The notes: generated from the letters alone by a model not told the origin. DNA of 64,000 nucleotides from Deltaproteobacteria bacterium (GCA_052390235.1 JBQTHB010000003.1:32001-96000); one strand, 5' to 3'. Shown: positions 40,185-50,584, counted from the first letter of the stretch. Made by a program: numbers and translations.

Positions 40185-40288
40185 AATGACAGAAGTGAGG
40201 CTTGCGAGGGAATGACAACCCTCTGCGTGATTTCGCCCCTTCGCCCCCCTGTGTCATTTCGAGCGATAGCGAGAAATCTCAAATAAGA
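40185..40288 (+). repeat. Composite TGTC-tagged REP/MITE-like element, copy B
   Basis: AATGACAGAAGTGAGGC / TTTCGCCCCTTCGCCCCCC / TGTCATTTCGAGCGATAGCGAGAAATCTCAAATAAGA, homologous to 31096-31226. Confidence 0.7.
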
Positions 40289-40350
40289 CTGCTCCGTACG
40301 CTCGGAGCGGCGGCTGTGGCTTATCTTTCATCCCATTATCCCATGAATCA

Positions 40351-40380
40351 TTGACATAAATCCCCTCGCAGTCGTATAAT
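40351..40380 (+). promoter_or_regulatory. Consensus sigma70 promoter
   Basis: TTGACA-18 bp-TATAAT, 45 bp upstream of ATG 40426. Confidence 0.7.
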
Positions 40381-40425
40381 CAGCCTGAAGCTTTGGGAAG
40401 GTTCAAAAACGGTGGAGGATTATCC

Positions 40426-43400
40426 ATGAGGGTAGGATTTATTTTCGCGTTAGCTCTGTGCGCGCTTTTATCGGTGTTTTGGCTGAATCGAGATGAGGAC
40501 GGCAGATTGGCGGAGTCCCCCCGCGGCGAGGAGTCTCAAAAGTCCCCCCGGCTCCCCGATACCCTGACGCTCCAGCAGGCGGCGGGCGCGAGGATACCCT
40601 TCATCGAGAATCAGGGGCAGGTTGGCGGCGATATAAATTTCTATGCCGAGACCCTAGCTGGAGGCGTATTCGTGAAATCCGGCGGCGAGATAACCTACTC
40701 CATCCCCTCGGATTCGGACAGCGCATTCACCCTCAGCGAGAGACTCCTGCAAGGAAACTCCACCGCGCCAACGGGCAGAGAGGAAACCAAAGCCTCAATA
40801 AGCGAATTCATAGGGAACGACCCCTCAAAGTGGAAAACCGCTGTCCCAGCCTACGGAGAGGTGAGCTTCGGCGAGATTTACGACGGCATCGAACTGAGGC
40901 TTAAGGCTTACGGGGGGCGAGTGGAAAAGCTGTTTTATATAAAGCCGGGAGCAGACCCAAGCCAAATCAAAATTGCCGTTGAGGGGGCGAGAGTATCAGT
41001 AAATCCCAGCGGCGAGCTTGAGGCGGCGTCTGATGGAGGGGTCGCCAAGTTCTCAAAGCCCCTGGCGTATCAGGAGATTGGAGGCGAGATAAAATTCGCT
41101 GAGGCGGACTATCTAGCCGAGGGCGGCGAATATGGATTTCTCGTCAAAAACTACGACCCGTCCCAGACGCTCGTAATAGACCCGATTCTCTCGGCGACCT
41201 TTCTGGGCGGAAGCAAAAGCGACGACATATTCGCCGTTGCAACCGACCCCTCGGGCAATGTCTATGTCGCGGGGATAACACAGTCCAAAAAGCTCCCCGG
41301 TGTGAACTCCGGCTCGGCAGACTCGGTTATGGAGTCGGCTGAGGCGTTCGTCATGAAATTCGACGCGAAACTCTCGGTAGTTCTCGGAGCGACTTTCATC
41401 GGAGGAAGCGGCGTGGATGCGGCAGTGGACATAGCACTCGACAGGGCGGGAAACGTCTATCTAGGCGGCAGGACGGACTCGCCGGATTTTCCGGGAATTG
41501 ACGAAAATTCTCCTGATAGGCAGTTGTCCTCGGCAGAGGGGTTCTTGGTAAAGCTCGACTCTAAACTCACAAAAATCCTCGCGTCAACTTACATCGGGGG
41601 GAGCGGAGCAGACGGCGTCGTGGACATCGCTCTCGATAAACCGGGAAATGTCTATGCCGTCGGCTCAACCACTTCTACGGACTTTCCGGGAATATCGCGC
41701 TCCTCGCCCGACCGATTTCCGCTGAAAACCGAGGGATTCGTGATTAAACTCAGCCCAAGCCTCAGTAAAATTGTCGCGGCGACGTATCTGGGGGGAAGCG
41801 CGGAGGACGGCGCAACTGCTATTGCATTCGACCGCAATGGAAATGTCTATGTGGCGGGAAGCACGAGCTCATCGGATTTCCCCGAGGTAAATAGCAAATC
41901 TCTCGACCAAACCCTCGCCATTAGCGAGGCGTTCGTGGCAAAGCTCACGCCGAACCTAAGCAAATTGGTTGCGGCGACGTACCTGGGCGGAGTGGGCAGG
42001 GGCGCGGCTTCCGCCATTGCCGTGGATGGCAACGGCAGGGTCTATGTCGCGGGAGTTACTAATTCATCGGATTTCCCCGGCGTGGGCGCAACATCGGCGG
42101 ACTCGGTTCTTGGCGGAAACCAGGAGGGATTCATCGCCGCGATGAACTCGAACCTGACCTATCCAATATTAGCGTCAACTTTTCTCGGCGGCGAAAAGGA
42201 CGACCTCGTTTATGAAATCATCCTCGACGGCAAAGGCGGCATATACGCCGCCGGAAGGACGGGGTCGGCACAATTTCCGGCATCCCCCAAGGACGAACCA
42301 CGCCCACAGGTTTTCTTCGCAGATGCCTTTATCTCGAAACTCAACTCGGATTTAAGCTCGGTTCTATCTTCCACATTTATTCCCGCAGGGGGGCTGGTAA
42401 ACCTCCAAAGCGGCATCTCGGCTGCCATTTCGGGCAGAGGAGATATTTACATCGCAGGCGTTACGGGTGTTTCAGAGTTTAAAACTCAGGATAGTTTTTT
42501 TGCGAGCGAGGCAGTCGGGGGCGGAAACGACGGATTTATAGCGCAGATTGGTCCCGCCGCGGAGAAGAAGCTCTTGGAGGTCGCGCGCAAATCCGAGCCT
42601 GCCGAGAAGACCCCACCCCCTGCGCCAATAAGCGCCCCTGAGCCTGCATCCGAACCCGCGCCTGGGGAGATAGCCAAAGCGACCCCCGCGCCGCCGGCTG
42701 TGGAGATTTCTCAAGCCCCGCGTACGGCTCAAACTATAACCCCCGCGCCGCAGATTAAGACCGAGGCTATAGCTACACCCTCGCCGCAGATAAATACCAT
42801 GGAGACCCCTGCTCCGATAACTAAGGAAAAGACCTTTTACGAATTCGGATATACGGCAAAAATCACCTGTGGAATTCAGGGCGATACAAATAACATAAAC
42901 CTCGCGCGGGGATTTTATGGGGCATCTGTCGCGGTCTATAATCCCAATCCCTCTGAGGCGAAGGTATCGAAGAAGCTCGTTTTTACGCATCCACAGAGCC
43001 GCGCCGCCGCCCTCGGCGAAATCTCGCTAAAACCGGGCGCGGCGGTAACGCTCGACTGCTCCGAGATACGGGACAAATTATTCGGCGGGAAATTCCCGAA
43101 GCCCTACCACATTGACGCGCTCGCAGTTATCGAGAGCGATGGGAGCTTGGACGTTGAGGCGACTTACACGGCGGCGGCGCTCGATTTTCAGGGACTTCCC
43201 AAGGGCGTAGGGGCAATCGAAGTGAGGCGGATTCAGGAGCGCAGAAGAGAATTACCGAGCAGAGCGGCGGCAAAATCCCCTCTGCCGGATTTAATACTCC
43301 TTCCGGGCGTGGACGGGTCGTTCTGCCATCGGGACGGCAACAGATTAACCGTTACGGTAAAAAATCAGGGAGCGTATGAGGCGGCGGCATCCAAAACCAA

Positions 43401-43605
43401 GGTGAATTTCCAGAGATACGGCAGATTCACTGTAACCGCTCCCCCGCTCGCTCCGGGGGCTTCGGCAGACGGAGTGGTCGAAATACCGAGGCGGTGTCTG
43501 AGGAATAGGAACTGCGCATTCTCCCTAACTGCCGACTCTGCCTCAACCGTAGCGGAAGCGGACGAGCGGAACAACTCAGCGCAGGGGGTTTGCATCGGCA
43601 GATAA
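40426..43605 (+). CDS. Large cell-surface protein: SBBP beta-propeller repeats, Pro-rich linker, C-terminal CARDB-like domain
   Basis: FIENQGQ and LVIDP N-region, repeated T(F/Y)LGGS..D....IA.D..GNVYVAG.T.S.DFPG units, LPDL...TVKNQG...E.DERNN. GGAGG RBS. Confidence 0.85.
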   Translation: MRVGFIFALALCALLSVFWLNRDEDGRLAESPRGEESQKSPRLPDTLTLQQAAGARIPFIENQGQVGGDINFYAETLAGGVFVKSGGEITYSIPSDSDSAFTLSERLLQGNSTAPTGREETKASISEFIGNDPSKWKTAVPAYGEVSFGEIYDGIELRLKAYGGRVEKLFYIKPGADPSQIKIAVEGARVSVNPSGELEAASDGGVAKFSKPLAYQEIGGEIKFAEADYLAEGGEYGFLVKNYDPSQTLVIDPILSATFLGGSKSDDIFAVATDPSGNVYVAGITQSKKLPGVNSGSADSVMESAEAFVMKFDAKLSVVLGATFIGGSGVDAAVDIALDRAGNVYLGGRTDSPDFPGIDENSPDRQLSSAEGFLVKLDSKLTKILASTYIGGSGADGVVDIALDKPGNVYAVGSTTSTDFPGISRSSPDRFPLKTEGFVIKLSPSLSKIVAATYLGGSAEDGATAIAFDRNGNVYVAGSTSSSDFPEVNSKSLDQTLAISEAFVAKLTPNLSKLVAATYLGGVGRGAASAIAVDGNGRVYVAGVTNSSDFPGVGATSADSVLGGNQEGFIAAMNSNLTYPILASTFLGGEKDDLVYEIILDGKGGIYAAGRTGSAQFPASPKDEPRPQVFFADAFISKLNSDLSSVLSSTFIPAGGLVNLQSGISAAISGRGDIYIAGVTGVSEFKTQDSFFASEAVGGGNDGFIAQIGPAAEKKLLEVARKSEPAEKTPPPAPISAPEPASEPAPGEIAKATPAPPAVEISQAPRTAQTITPAPQIKTEAIATPSPQINTMETPAPITKEKTFYEFGYTAKITCGIQGDTNNINLARGFYGASVAVYNPNPSEAKVSKKLVFTHPQSRAAALGEISLKPGAAVTLDCSEIRDKLFGGKFPKPYHIDALAVIESDGSLDVEATYTAAALDFQGLPKGVGAIEVRRIQERRRELPSRAAAKSPLPDLILLPGVDGSFCHRDGNRLTVTVKNQGAYEAAASKTKVNFQRYGRFTVTAPPLAPGASADGVVEIPRRCLRNRNCAFSLTADSASTVAEADERNNSAQGVCIGR

Positions 43606-43742
43606 GTCAGGATACAGTCAGGGTAAGGCGAAGCAAATCCGAGAGGGGGGAGTGATTTTATACCCCAGGGCGGTATTTATTTGACAGCGTTTTTAGGTTA
43701 TGCTAATCAGTAGCTCGCCAGGGAGCAGAGAGAGAAAGAGAG

Positions 43743-45077
43743 ATGTTTGAAGGCATATCCGGCAAATTAAATACTACTTTAAAGAAAATCAGGGGCTACG
43801 GCAAGCTCAGCGAGAGCAATATTCAGGACGCGCTGAGGGAGGTGCGCCTGAGCCTGCTGGAAGCGGACGTGAGCTTTAAAGTCGTCCGGGACTTCGTAGA
43901 GTCCGTCAAAAAACGCGCCCTTGGGCAGGAAGTCGCCGAGAGCCTAACTCCGGGGCAGCAGTTCGTCAAAATTGTCTATGAAGAGCTGGCGCTAGTTTTA
44001 GGGCAGAAGCACTCAGAGCTTAATCTGCGAGCAACGCCCCCAGTGGCGCTGATGCTCGTCGGGCTTCAGGGTTCGGGTAAAACCACAACCTGCGCGAAAC
44101 TCGCCAAATCCCTAAAGGAGCAGTTCAAGAGAAAGCCCTACCTCGTTCCGGCAGACATCTACAGACCAGCCGCCATAGAGCAATTAAAAGTGCTTGCCCG
44201 TCAGGTCGGCGTAGGGGTGTTTGACACTGAACCCGGAATGGATCCGGTGGAGATTTGCAAAAAAGCGCGAGCCGCCGCAATTTACGAAGGCGCGGACGTT
44301 ATGATAATTGACACCGCAGGACGCCTTCACATTGACACCGAACTCATGGAAGAGCTTAGGAGGATAAAATCTGAAATCGCCCCTCAGGAGATTTTATTTG
44401 TCTCCGACGCCATGACCGGACAAGACGCAGTGAACGTCGCCGCGAGTTTCAACGAGGCGCTCGACATTGACGGCGTGATACTCACCAAAATGGACGGAGA
44501 CGCGAGAGGCGGAGCCGCCCTTTCGATTAAAGCCGTAACGGGAAAGCCGATAAAATTCTTCGGAACAGGGGAGAAATTAGACGCGCTCGAGGTGTTTCAC
44601 CCCGAAAGAATCGCCTCCCGAATCCTCGGCATGGGCGATGTTCTGACACTTATTGAAAAAGCGCAGTCCGCGTTTGAAGAGAAAAAAGCCGAGGAGATGG
44701 CGCACAAACTCCTCAAAAATGAGTTTTCTCTGTCGGATTTCCGCGAGGCAATGCTCGCCATGGGAAAGCTCGGCTCTATCGAGAGCATGGCAGAGATGAT
44801 TCCCGGAATGAAGCAAGTGGCGAAAAATCCGAAGGCTATGGAGCAGGCTGAGCGAGAGATGAAAAAAACCATCTCCGTAATTAACTCCATGACGGCGAAA
44901 GAGAGAAGAGACCACACCATGCTCAACGGTTCGCGGCGGAAACGCATTGCTAAGGGGAGCGGCACGAAGGTCGAGGACGTGAATCGAGTGGTTAAAAACT
45001 ACATCGAGATGCGTAATATGATGAAAAACATGGGGAAAATGGGGAAGCTTGCAAAGAAAATGATGAGATTCATGTAG
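43743..45077 (+). CDS. ffh: Signal recognition particle protein
   Basis: [37 protein letters not shown], Met-rich M domain with [11 protein letters not shown]. Confidence 0.97.
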   Translation: MFEGISGKLNTTLKKIRGYGKLSESNIQDALREVRLSLLEADVSFKVVRDFVESVKKRALGQEVAESLTPGQQFVKIVYEELALVLGQKHSELNLRATPPVALMLVGLQGSGKTTTCAKLAKSLKEQFKRKPYLVPADIYRPAAIEQLKVLARQVGVGVFDTEPGMDPVEICKKARAAAIYEGADVMIIDTAGRLHIDTELMEELRRIKSEIAPQEILFVSDAMTGQDAVNVAASFNEALDIDGVILTKMDGDARGGAALSIKAVTGKPIKFFGTGEKLDALEVFHPERIASRILGMGDVLTLIEKAQSAFEEKKAEEMAHKLLKNEFSLSDFREAMLAMGKLGSIESMAEMIPGMKQVAKNPKAMEQAEREMKKTISVINSMTAKERRDHTMLNGSRRKRIAKGSGTKVEDVNRVVKNYIEMRNMMKNMGKMGKLAKKMMRFM

Positions 45078-45136
45078 GTTACAGAACGTCGGGATTAGTT
45101 AAATTAATCATATTTCAATTCGGAGGTACTTTTAGT

Positions 45137-45376
45137 TTGGTTAAGATTAGACTCACTAGAGCGGGATCCAAAGGGAAGCCCTTTTACAGAATCGTAGCCG
45201 CTGACTCGCGCGCTCCACGGGACGGGAAGTTTCTTGAGATACTGGGATTCTACGATCCGAGAACATCTCCCCACACGCTTGAGGTAAAAACCGATAGGGT
45301 AAACGACTGGATTTCACACGGCGCTCAGCCTAGCGGCAGGGTCGGCAGACTGCTCACAAAACTCACACAAAACTGA
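45137..45376 (+). CDS. rpsP: 30S ribosomal protein S16
   Basis: [30 protein letters not shown] start with GGAGG RBS. Confidence 0.96.
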   Translation: MVKIRLTRAGSKGKPFYRIVAADSRAPRDGKFLEILGFYDPRTSPHTLEVKTDRVNDWISHGAQPSGRVGRLLTKLTQN

Positions 45377-45419
45377 CAAATAGAGTTTAGCGCAGTTACA
45401 AAACCAGGAGGGAACGGAA

Positions 45420-45659
45420 ATGGACAAGCTGAAGGAACTTGTGAGCTTTATAGCGAAATCTCTGGTTGATAGTCCTGATAGGGTCGAGGTTCGAGAGGTT
45501 GTAGGCGAACAGACCGCCGTGCTGGAGTTGAGAGTGGCGCAGGAAGACCTTGGGAAAATCATAGGCAAACAGGGGAAAACGGCAAAAGCCATCAGAACCA
45601 TCCTCGGTGCCGCCGCTGCGAAGGCTAGAAAGAGGGCAGTGCTTGAAATCTTGGAATAG
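45420..45659 (+). CDS. khpA: KH-domain RNA-binding protein
   Basis: [26 protein letters not shown]. Conserved position between rpsP and rimM. Confidence 0.92.
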   Translation: MDKLKELVSFIAKSLVDSPDRVEVREVVGEQTAVLELRVAQEDLGKIIGKQGKTAKAIRTILGAAAAKARKRAVLEILE

Positions 45660-45679
45660 GGAAAACGTTTGAGCAAATA

Positions 45680-46189
45680 ATGGGGCTTATCCATTTTGGA
45701 AAAGTCGTCAAAGTTCACGGGCTTTCGGGGGGAATTAAGTTATTCCCCTTCAGCCGCCAGTTTGACAACCTCGCTCGGCTTAAGAGGGTTTTTATCCTCA
45801 CAGAGCCTGAGGGCGAGCCTGTGGAGTTCCGCATAACCTCGAGCAGTATTCAAAAAACGTCCGCCGTGGTGAGACTCGAAGGTGTTGACTCGCTCAACGT
45901 GGCTTCGGCGCTTGAGGGCTGCGCCGTAATGGTGGACTCTTCAGACCTCATGGAAACTGAGGAGGGGGAGTATTACTGGTTTCAGCTCATCGGGCTTGAG
46001 GTTTATACCGATGCCGGGGAGTACGTGGGCAGGGTGGAGAATTTAATTGATAGGCCCCCTCAAAGCCTGCTAACGGTGAAAAGGGGCGGCAGGGAGTTCC
46101 TAATTCCAATGGTTGACGCAATTATCAAAGAAGTGAACTTGGCAGATTCAAAAATAGTGGTTATCCCCATAGCAGGTCTCCTCGATTAA
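45680..46189 (+). CDS. rimM: Ribosome maturation factor RimM
   Basis: GKVVKVHGLSG, EYYWFQLIGLEV, EFLIPMV. Confidence 0.94.
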   Translation: MGLIHFGKVVKVHGLSGGIKLFPFSRQFDNLARLKRVFILTEPEGEPVEFRITSSSIQKTSAVVRLEGVDSLNVASALEGCAVMVDSSDLMETEEGEYYWFQLIGLEVYTDAGEYVGRVENLIDRPPQSLLTVKRGGREFLIPMVDAIIKEVNLADSKIVVIPIAGLLD

Positions 46190-46213
46190 CCGTCCGAAGC
46201 CGTAATCCATCCC

Positions 46214-47512
46214 ATGAAATTTGATATTCTCACCATATTCCCTAGGTTTTTTGAGTCTCCATTTTCGTTTGGCATCCTCAAGCGGGCTCAGACGAGCGGG
46301 CTTATCGAGATTGAAACCCGCGACATCAGAGCATTTGCCGAGGACAGGCACAGAACCGTTGACGACGCCCCTTACGGAGGGGGAGGCGGAATGGTGATGA
46401 AGCCTGAGCCGCTCGGACGGGCGATTGAAGCGGCGAAGTGCGGCGGCGGCAAGACGATAACAATACTCACCACGCCCCAAGGCGAGAGGTTCTCAGATAA
46501 AATAGCCGAAGAGCTTTCATCCTACGAGCGGATTATCCTAATCTGCGGACGGTACGAGGGGATTGACGAGCGCATTAGAGAGGTTTACGTTGACCGCGAG
46601 ATTTCAATAGGGGATTTCATTGTATCGGGCGGGGAGTACGCGGCGGCGGCGATAATTGACGCCGTGTCGAGGTACATCCCCGGCGTGCTGGGAAACGAGA
46701 TGTCGCCCTTTGACGACTCCTTTCGGCATGGGCTTCTGGAACACCCGCAATATACTCGCCCCGAAGTGTACAAGGACAGGACAGTTCCCGAAGCGCTATT
46801 ATCGGGCAATCACAGGGAAATTGAGGCGTGGAAAAGAGCCCAGGGAATCCAGCGCACGGCGGAGAGGCGGGCTGATTTGCTTGATAGGGCGAGGCTTTCA
46901 ACCGAGGAACAGAGGTGGATTCGGGGCTTCAAAAAGGAAAACCCCCCTTCTTTTCGCGCGTATATTGCATTAATCCATCATCCGGTATACAATAAATCGC
47001 TCGAAATCGTTTCGACCGCCTTTACCAACCTGGACGTTCACGATATAGCCAGAGCGGGAAAAACCTACGGAATAGAGGCTTTTTTTCTGGTTCATCCCGT
47101 GGAGGAGCAGAGGTCGCTGGCTGAAAGGGTGATTCGCCATTGGATGGATGGGCCGGGGGTTGCGTATAATCCCACGCGGAACGACGCAATGAGAATTATT
47201 AAAATTAAGAAGACAATTGAAGAAACCCTAGAGGAAATTGAGGCGCTGGAGGGCGCAAAGCCGAAAGTCGTCGTAACCGACGGGAGACCAAGGGCAAACT
47301 CCATCGGCTATGGAGAGCTCAGAGAGCAGATGTGGTCGGGCGGCGGTAGTTATGTAATTCTCTTCGGCACCGGCTGGGGGCTTGCCGAGTCGGTCATGGC
47401 GAGAGCCGACTTCGCGCTAAAACCCATTGAAGGGACGGGCGAATACAATCACCTATCTGTGAGAAGCGCGGCAGCGATAATCCTCGACAGGCTTTTTTCA
47501 GACAAATTATAA
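46214..47512 (+). CDS. trmD: tRNA (guanine-N1)-methyltransferase TrmD fused to a C-terminal Tm1570/DUF2168-like SPOUT domain
   Basis: VDDAPYGGGGGM, CGRYEGIDER, SIGDFIVSGGE, LLSGNH. Then ALIHHPV.NK, TNLDVHDIAR, FGTGWGL, YNHLSVRSAAAIILDRL. Confidence 0.93.
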   Translation: MKFDILTIFPRFFESPFSFGILKRAQTSGLIEIETRDIRAFAEDRHRTVDDAPYGGGGGMVMKPEPLGRAIEAAKCGGGKTITILTTPQGERFSDKIAEELSSYERIILICGRYEGIDERIREVYVDREISIGDFIVSGGEYAAAAIIDAVSRYIPGVLGNEMSPFDDSFRHGLLEHPQYTRPEVYKDRTVPEALLSGNHREIEAWKRAQGIQRTAERRADLLDRARLSTEEQRWIRGFKKENPPSFRAYIALIHHPVYNKSLEIVSTAFTNLDVHDIARAGKTYGIEAFFLVHPVEEQRSLAERVIRHWMDGPGVAYNPTRNDAMRIIKIKKTIEETLEEIEALEGAKPKVVVTDGRPRANSIGYGELREQMWSGGGSYVILFGTGWGLAESVMARADFALKPIEGTGEYNHLSVRSAAAIILDRLFSDKL

Positions 47513-47530
47513 AATTGGGAGAAACAGACC

Positions 47531-47920
47531 ATGAACGCAATTGACTACATTGAAAAAGCGGCGATGAAGACCGACCTCCCCCCATTCAGGCAGGGAGACA
47601 GCGTCGCCGTACACTATAGGATTAAAGAAGGCGAGAGGGAGAGAATTCAGATTTTCGAGGGCGTCGTTATAGCCAGAAAAGGCGGCGGCGCAAGGGAAAC
47701 TTTCACTGTGAGAAAAGTGTCCTACGGCGTCGGAGTCGAGAGGATTTTCCCCGTCCACTCCCCTTTGATTCAGCTTATTGACATCAAACGGCACGGCAAG
47801 GTGAGGCGCGCAAAGCTCTACTACATCAGAGGGCTATCCAAGAAAGCGAGCCGCATTAAAGAGCGCACCAGATTCGATAGGAAAGTAGCCGTCCAGACCG
47901 CAAGCAAACAGGCGACATAA
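47531..47920 (+). CDS. rplS: 50S ribosomal protein L19
   Basis: [37 protein letters not shown]. Confidence 0.97.
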   Translation: MNAIDYIEKAAMKTDLPPFRQGDSVAVHYRIKEGERERIQIFEGVVIARKGGGARETFTVRKVSYGVGVERIFPVHSPLIQLIDIKRHGKVRRAKLYYIRGLSKKASRIKERTRFDRKVAVQTASKQAT

Positions 47921-48079
47921 AATCCGAGGGCGCGGCGATTCTTCTCATATTCAACTCAATGAATGCGCGCAGGGAGGCGCCGCGATTTTTTAGATTTCCA
48001 GTCCGGCTCTCTTGCCGCTAATTATATGGAATCCGCGAGCGCAAGGGGGGATTTGTTCTTTCACTTTTTTCACGCTACA

Positions 48080-48808
48080 CTAGTGGGCAACGAAATCCCT
48101 GAGGGTATCGCGTTTAGCTCTCTCCCTCTCCTTTAGCCTTCCCATGACGTGAATCATCCTGTAAACCGCGGTGTAAGTGGAGAAAACGAGGAGAATAAGT
48201 AGAGCGGCTTTAAGCAGATAGTCTCCGGGCGTGAATCCCGCCGCTGAAGCGACGTAGTTGCCGAAGTAATTAAACACCGCAAGCACCCCCAAATAAACCA
48301 CCCTCTCGGTTCTCTGCATCACCCCGACCTCGCAGTCAACCCCCAAGCCCTCGGCTCTGGCGCGCGTATAGCTGACCATCATCGTCATGGCGAGGATGAG
48401 AAACATCACATAGGCGTAGAAGCCGCCGTGAAAGTATCCGAGAAGCCCCAGATAAATAAACGCCTCCGAGAATCTATCGAGGCAGGAGTCGAAAAACGCG
48501 CCGTGTTCGGTGCTGAGTCCCTGCGCCCTCGCCACTCTGCCGTCGAAAATATCAAATGTTGACCCCGCGAGCAGAAGCACTCCGCCCACGAATATCCAGC
48601 CCACGTGAAAAAAAAGCCCCGTTACTACGGACACGACGAGGGTTGTTACGGTAAGGACGTTTGGATGAACCTTTTGCTCAATCAGGTAATCCTCAAACGG
48701 GCGTATCATAAGAAGCCACCAATTTTTAAACCCGCCCCCAAGCATCTTGGACGACTGCGGCCCCTTTTTCCCCTTGGATCTGTCTATTACTTCTTCAGGA
48801 GCGGACAT
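48080..48808 (-). CDS. CDP-alcohol phosphatidyltransferase (PIP-synthase-like)
   Basis: HPNVLT, DIFDGRVARAQG....GAFFDSCLDRFSE, SYTRARAEGLG, G.MQRTER. Confidence 0.88.
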   Translation of the reverse strand: MSAPEEVIDRSKGKKGPQSSKMLGGGFKNWWLLMIRPFEDYLIEQKVHPNVLTVTTLVVSVVTGLFFHVGWIFVGGVLLLAGSTFDIFDGRVARAQGLSTEHGAFFDSCLDRFSEAFIYLGLLGYFHGGFYAYVMFLILAMTMMVSYTRARAEGLGVDCEVGVMQRTERVVYLGVLAVFNYFGNYVASAAGFTPGDYLLKAALLILLVFSTYTAVYRMIHVMGRLKERERAKRDTLRDFVAH

Positions 48809-48879
48809 GAACTTTTCCTCATAACATTGGATTTTCTATTGATTTTAGCTGAAATAAAGCATATTGAAATAGGCGCGTC

Positions 48880-50514
48880 TCAGGGGTTGCTCGCCCTTGA
48901 TGCAAGCTCCTCAATTTTCCACAGATTCCCCCGCCAAATGAGTATCCAGCTTATTTTCCCGCTCGACTCAACCAGCCGCGACGTATCCCTATCCCTCTCG
49001 ACCATCGTGAAATTCCCGTCCACAAGCGCCGTGCCGCCCACAATATCCACCCTCAGCGCCTGAATACGATATTCCACAACCTCGAAGGCATAAAATTTTT
49101 CCGAATAGTCCCGAATCACGTCCGCACCGCCCTGGGCGCTAGGGTCGAAAAGAGAGATAAAGCCCTCGAAATCTCCGCCCCTGCGCACTGCGGCGAACTG
49201 CTCGATGAACCTCTCCACGCTATCCTCATCGGGCAGGGAGGGGGCGAGAGATTCAGCGGCTTCCGACTTTTGAGCGATTATCTGAGGGGGGTTATCAACT
49301 TCGGCGATGGCATCCTGATTTTGCGCAGAGTGCATCTCTTCTGGCAACTCAATTATGAATTCCTGCGGCTCTGATTCAGCCCCAAGCTCCGTCGGTTTGC
49401 CGCCTTCTTCCTTGGCGGCGGCTGGCTCAGAGACTGATTGCGGGTCCGATTCGGCAATGTCGGTAGTATCGGATTTGCCGAGGCTCAAGTCCCCCCCGTC
49501 CGAGGCGGGAGATTCCAAAGGCAAGGGAGCGTCATCCACTTTAGCTGAGGCGCTCGGATACGGCAGAGGAAATAGAACCGTAGAGTCGGCGACTAGGGAT
49601 TCGTCAATTTTTGATTCCAGATTCGTGGTTTCCCCATCGGAAACAGAAGGCGCGGGGGTTTCGGCGATGGGGGGCGGCAGTACCTCTCGCTCTTTTAATA
49701 TGTTAATTTCGGCGGGCGGCGCGATATTGGCAGGAGGAGGGTCAGCAGGCGCGTCCTGCAGGGGAGTTTCAACCCTCTTTTGAGGCGCTATTTCGGGGAG
49801 GGGGATTTGCGGCAGAGCCTCCACCCTCGACTCGCCGAACCGCACGACTCGGAGATTTCTAAACGGGCGCGATATCGAAACGCCGCTCTCGGTCAGAGCC
49901 ATCTCCGACTGCCCAATACCACTGAGCGGGCTTTCAAATACGAGCTTCCTCGGAGATTCAGCGAGGATTTTCACATCCCTCCCGCCGATAGAGAGCCTAG
50001 TCGTGGCAAAGTCTCCATCAAAACTGCCGACAATTTGCGCGGGCATCCCAGCCTGTCCCACAGGCGGGAATTGATAATCTCTCGGCTCAGGCGCGGCGAC
50101 GCCCCCCACGCCAGCGGAGATGCGAACCGAAGCGACCTGTTTTGAGGACTTATCCCTCAGAATCAGAGCGGGCGATAGGGAATTTGGCGGAATAGTCCAT
50201 TTGAGCGTCTTTGCCGCTAATTTGCGGCTCTGCGCGGCAAACTCGATGGAGTACAGTAGTAGCTCGGCTCTGTTTTTGTCCGTCTCGATTTGGGTTAATC
50301 CAACGGGGAGAATCTCCGCCGCCGCTGAAACCGTATCGCCTGCGATAACCTCGTCGGGAAGATAGAGCTTAATCCTGCCGTGCGGGGTCTCGAAAGTGGC
50401 GATATTAAGCCCGCCTCCTTTTTCGAGAATCGCCAAAGCTTGCCCGCCGACGGGTAGGGAGCAGAAAAGCGAAATCAAAACTGAGAGAATGCCAATAACA
50501 CCCGTTTTTTTCAT
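48880..50514 (-). CDS. Secreted hypothetical protein with Pro/acidic linker and C-terminal NTF2/SnoaL-like domain
   Basis: Signal peptide, ILAESPR-containing beta domain, low-complexity linker, F.EQF......GDF.GF.SLF...WKI terminus. Confidence 0.6.
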   Translation of the reverse strand: MKKTGVIGILSVLISLFCSLPVGGQALAILEKGGGLNIATFETPHGRIKLYLPDEVIAGDTVSAAAEILPVGLTQIETDKNRAELLLYSIEFAAQSRKLAAKTLKWTIPPNSLSPALILRDKSSKQVASVRISAGVGGVAAPEPRDYQFPPVGQAGMPAQIVGSFDGDFATTRLSIGGRDVKILAESPRKLVFESPLSGIGQSEMALTESGVSISRPFRNLRVVRFGESRVEALPQIPLPEIAPQKRVETPLQDAPADPPPANIAPPAEINILKEREVLPPPIAETPAPSVSDGETTNLESKIDESLVADSTVLFPLPYPSASAKVDDAPLPLESPASDGGDLSLGKSDTTDIAESDPQSVSEPAAAKEEGGKPTELGAESEPQEFIIELPEEMHSAQNQDAIAEVDNPPQIIAQKSEAAESLAPSLPDEDSVERFIEQFAAVRRGGDFEGFISLFDPSAQGGADVIRDYSEKFYAFEVVEYRIQALRVDIVGGTALVDGNFTMVERDRDTSRLVESSGKISWILIWRGNLWKIEELASRASNP

Positions 50515-50584
50515 TTACACTCGCCGCGCAACCGAATAATAAAGTGCAACTATACTATTTTTTGACCAAAAATGAAATATGGCA

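Noticed and set aside
40041..40286. 81-aa ORF, and similar 64-69 aa ORFs at 31031-31307
   Set aside because: These are translations of the palindromic repeat elements with no protein-like features.
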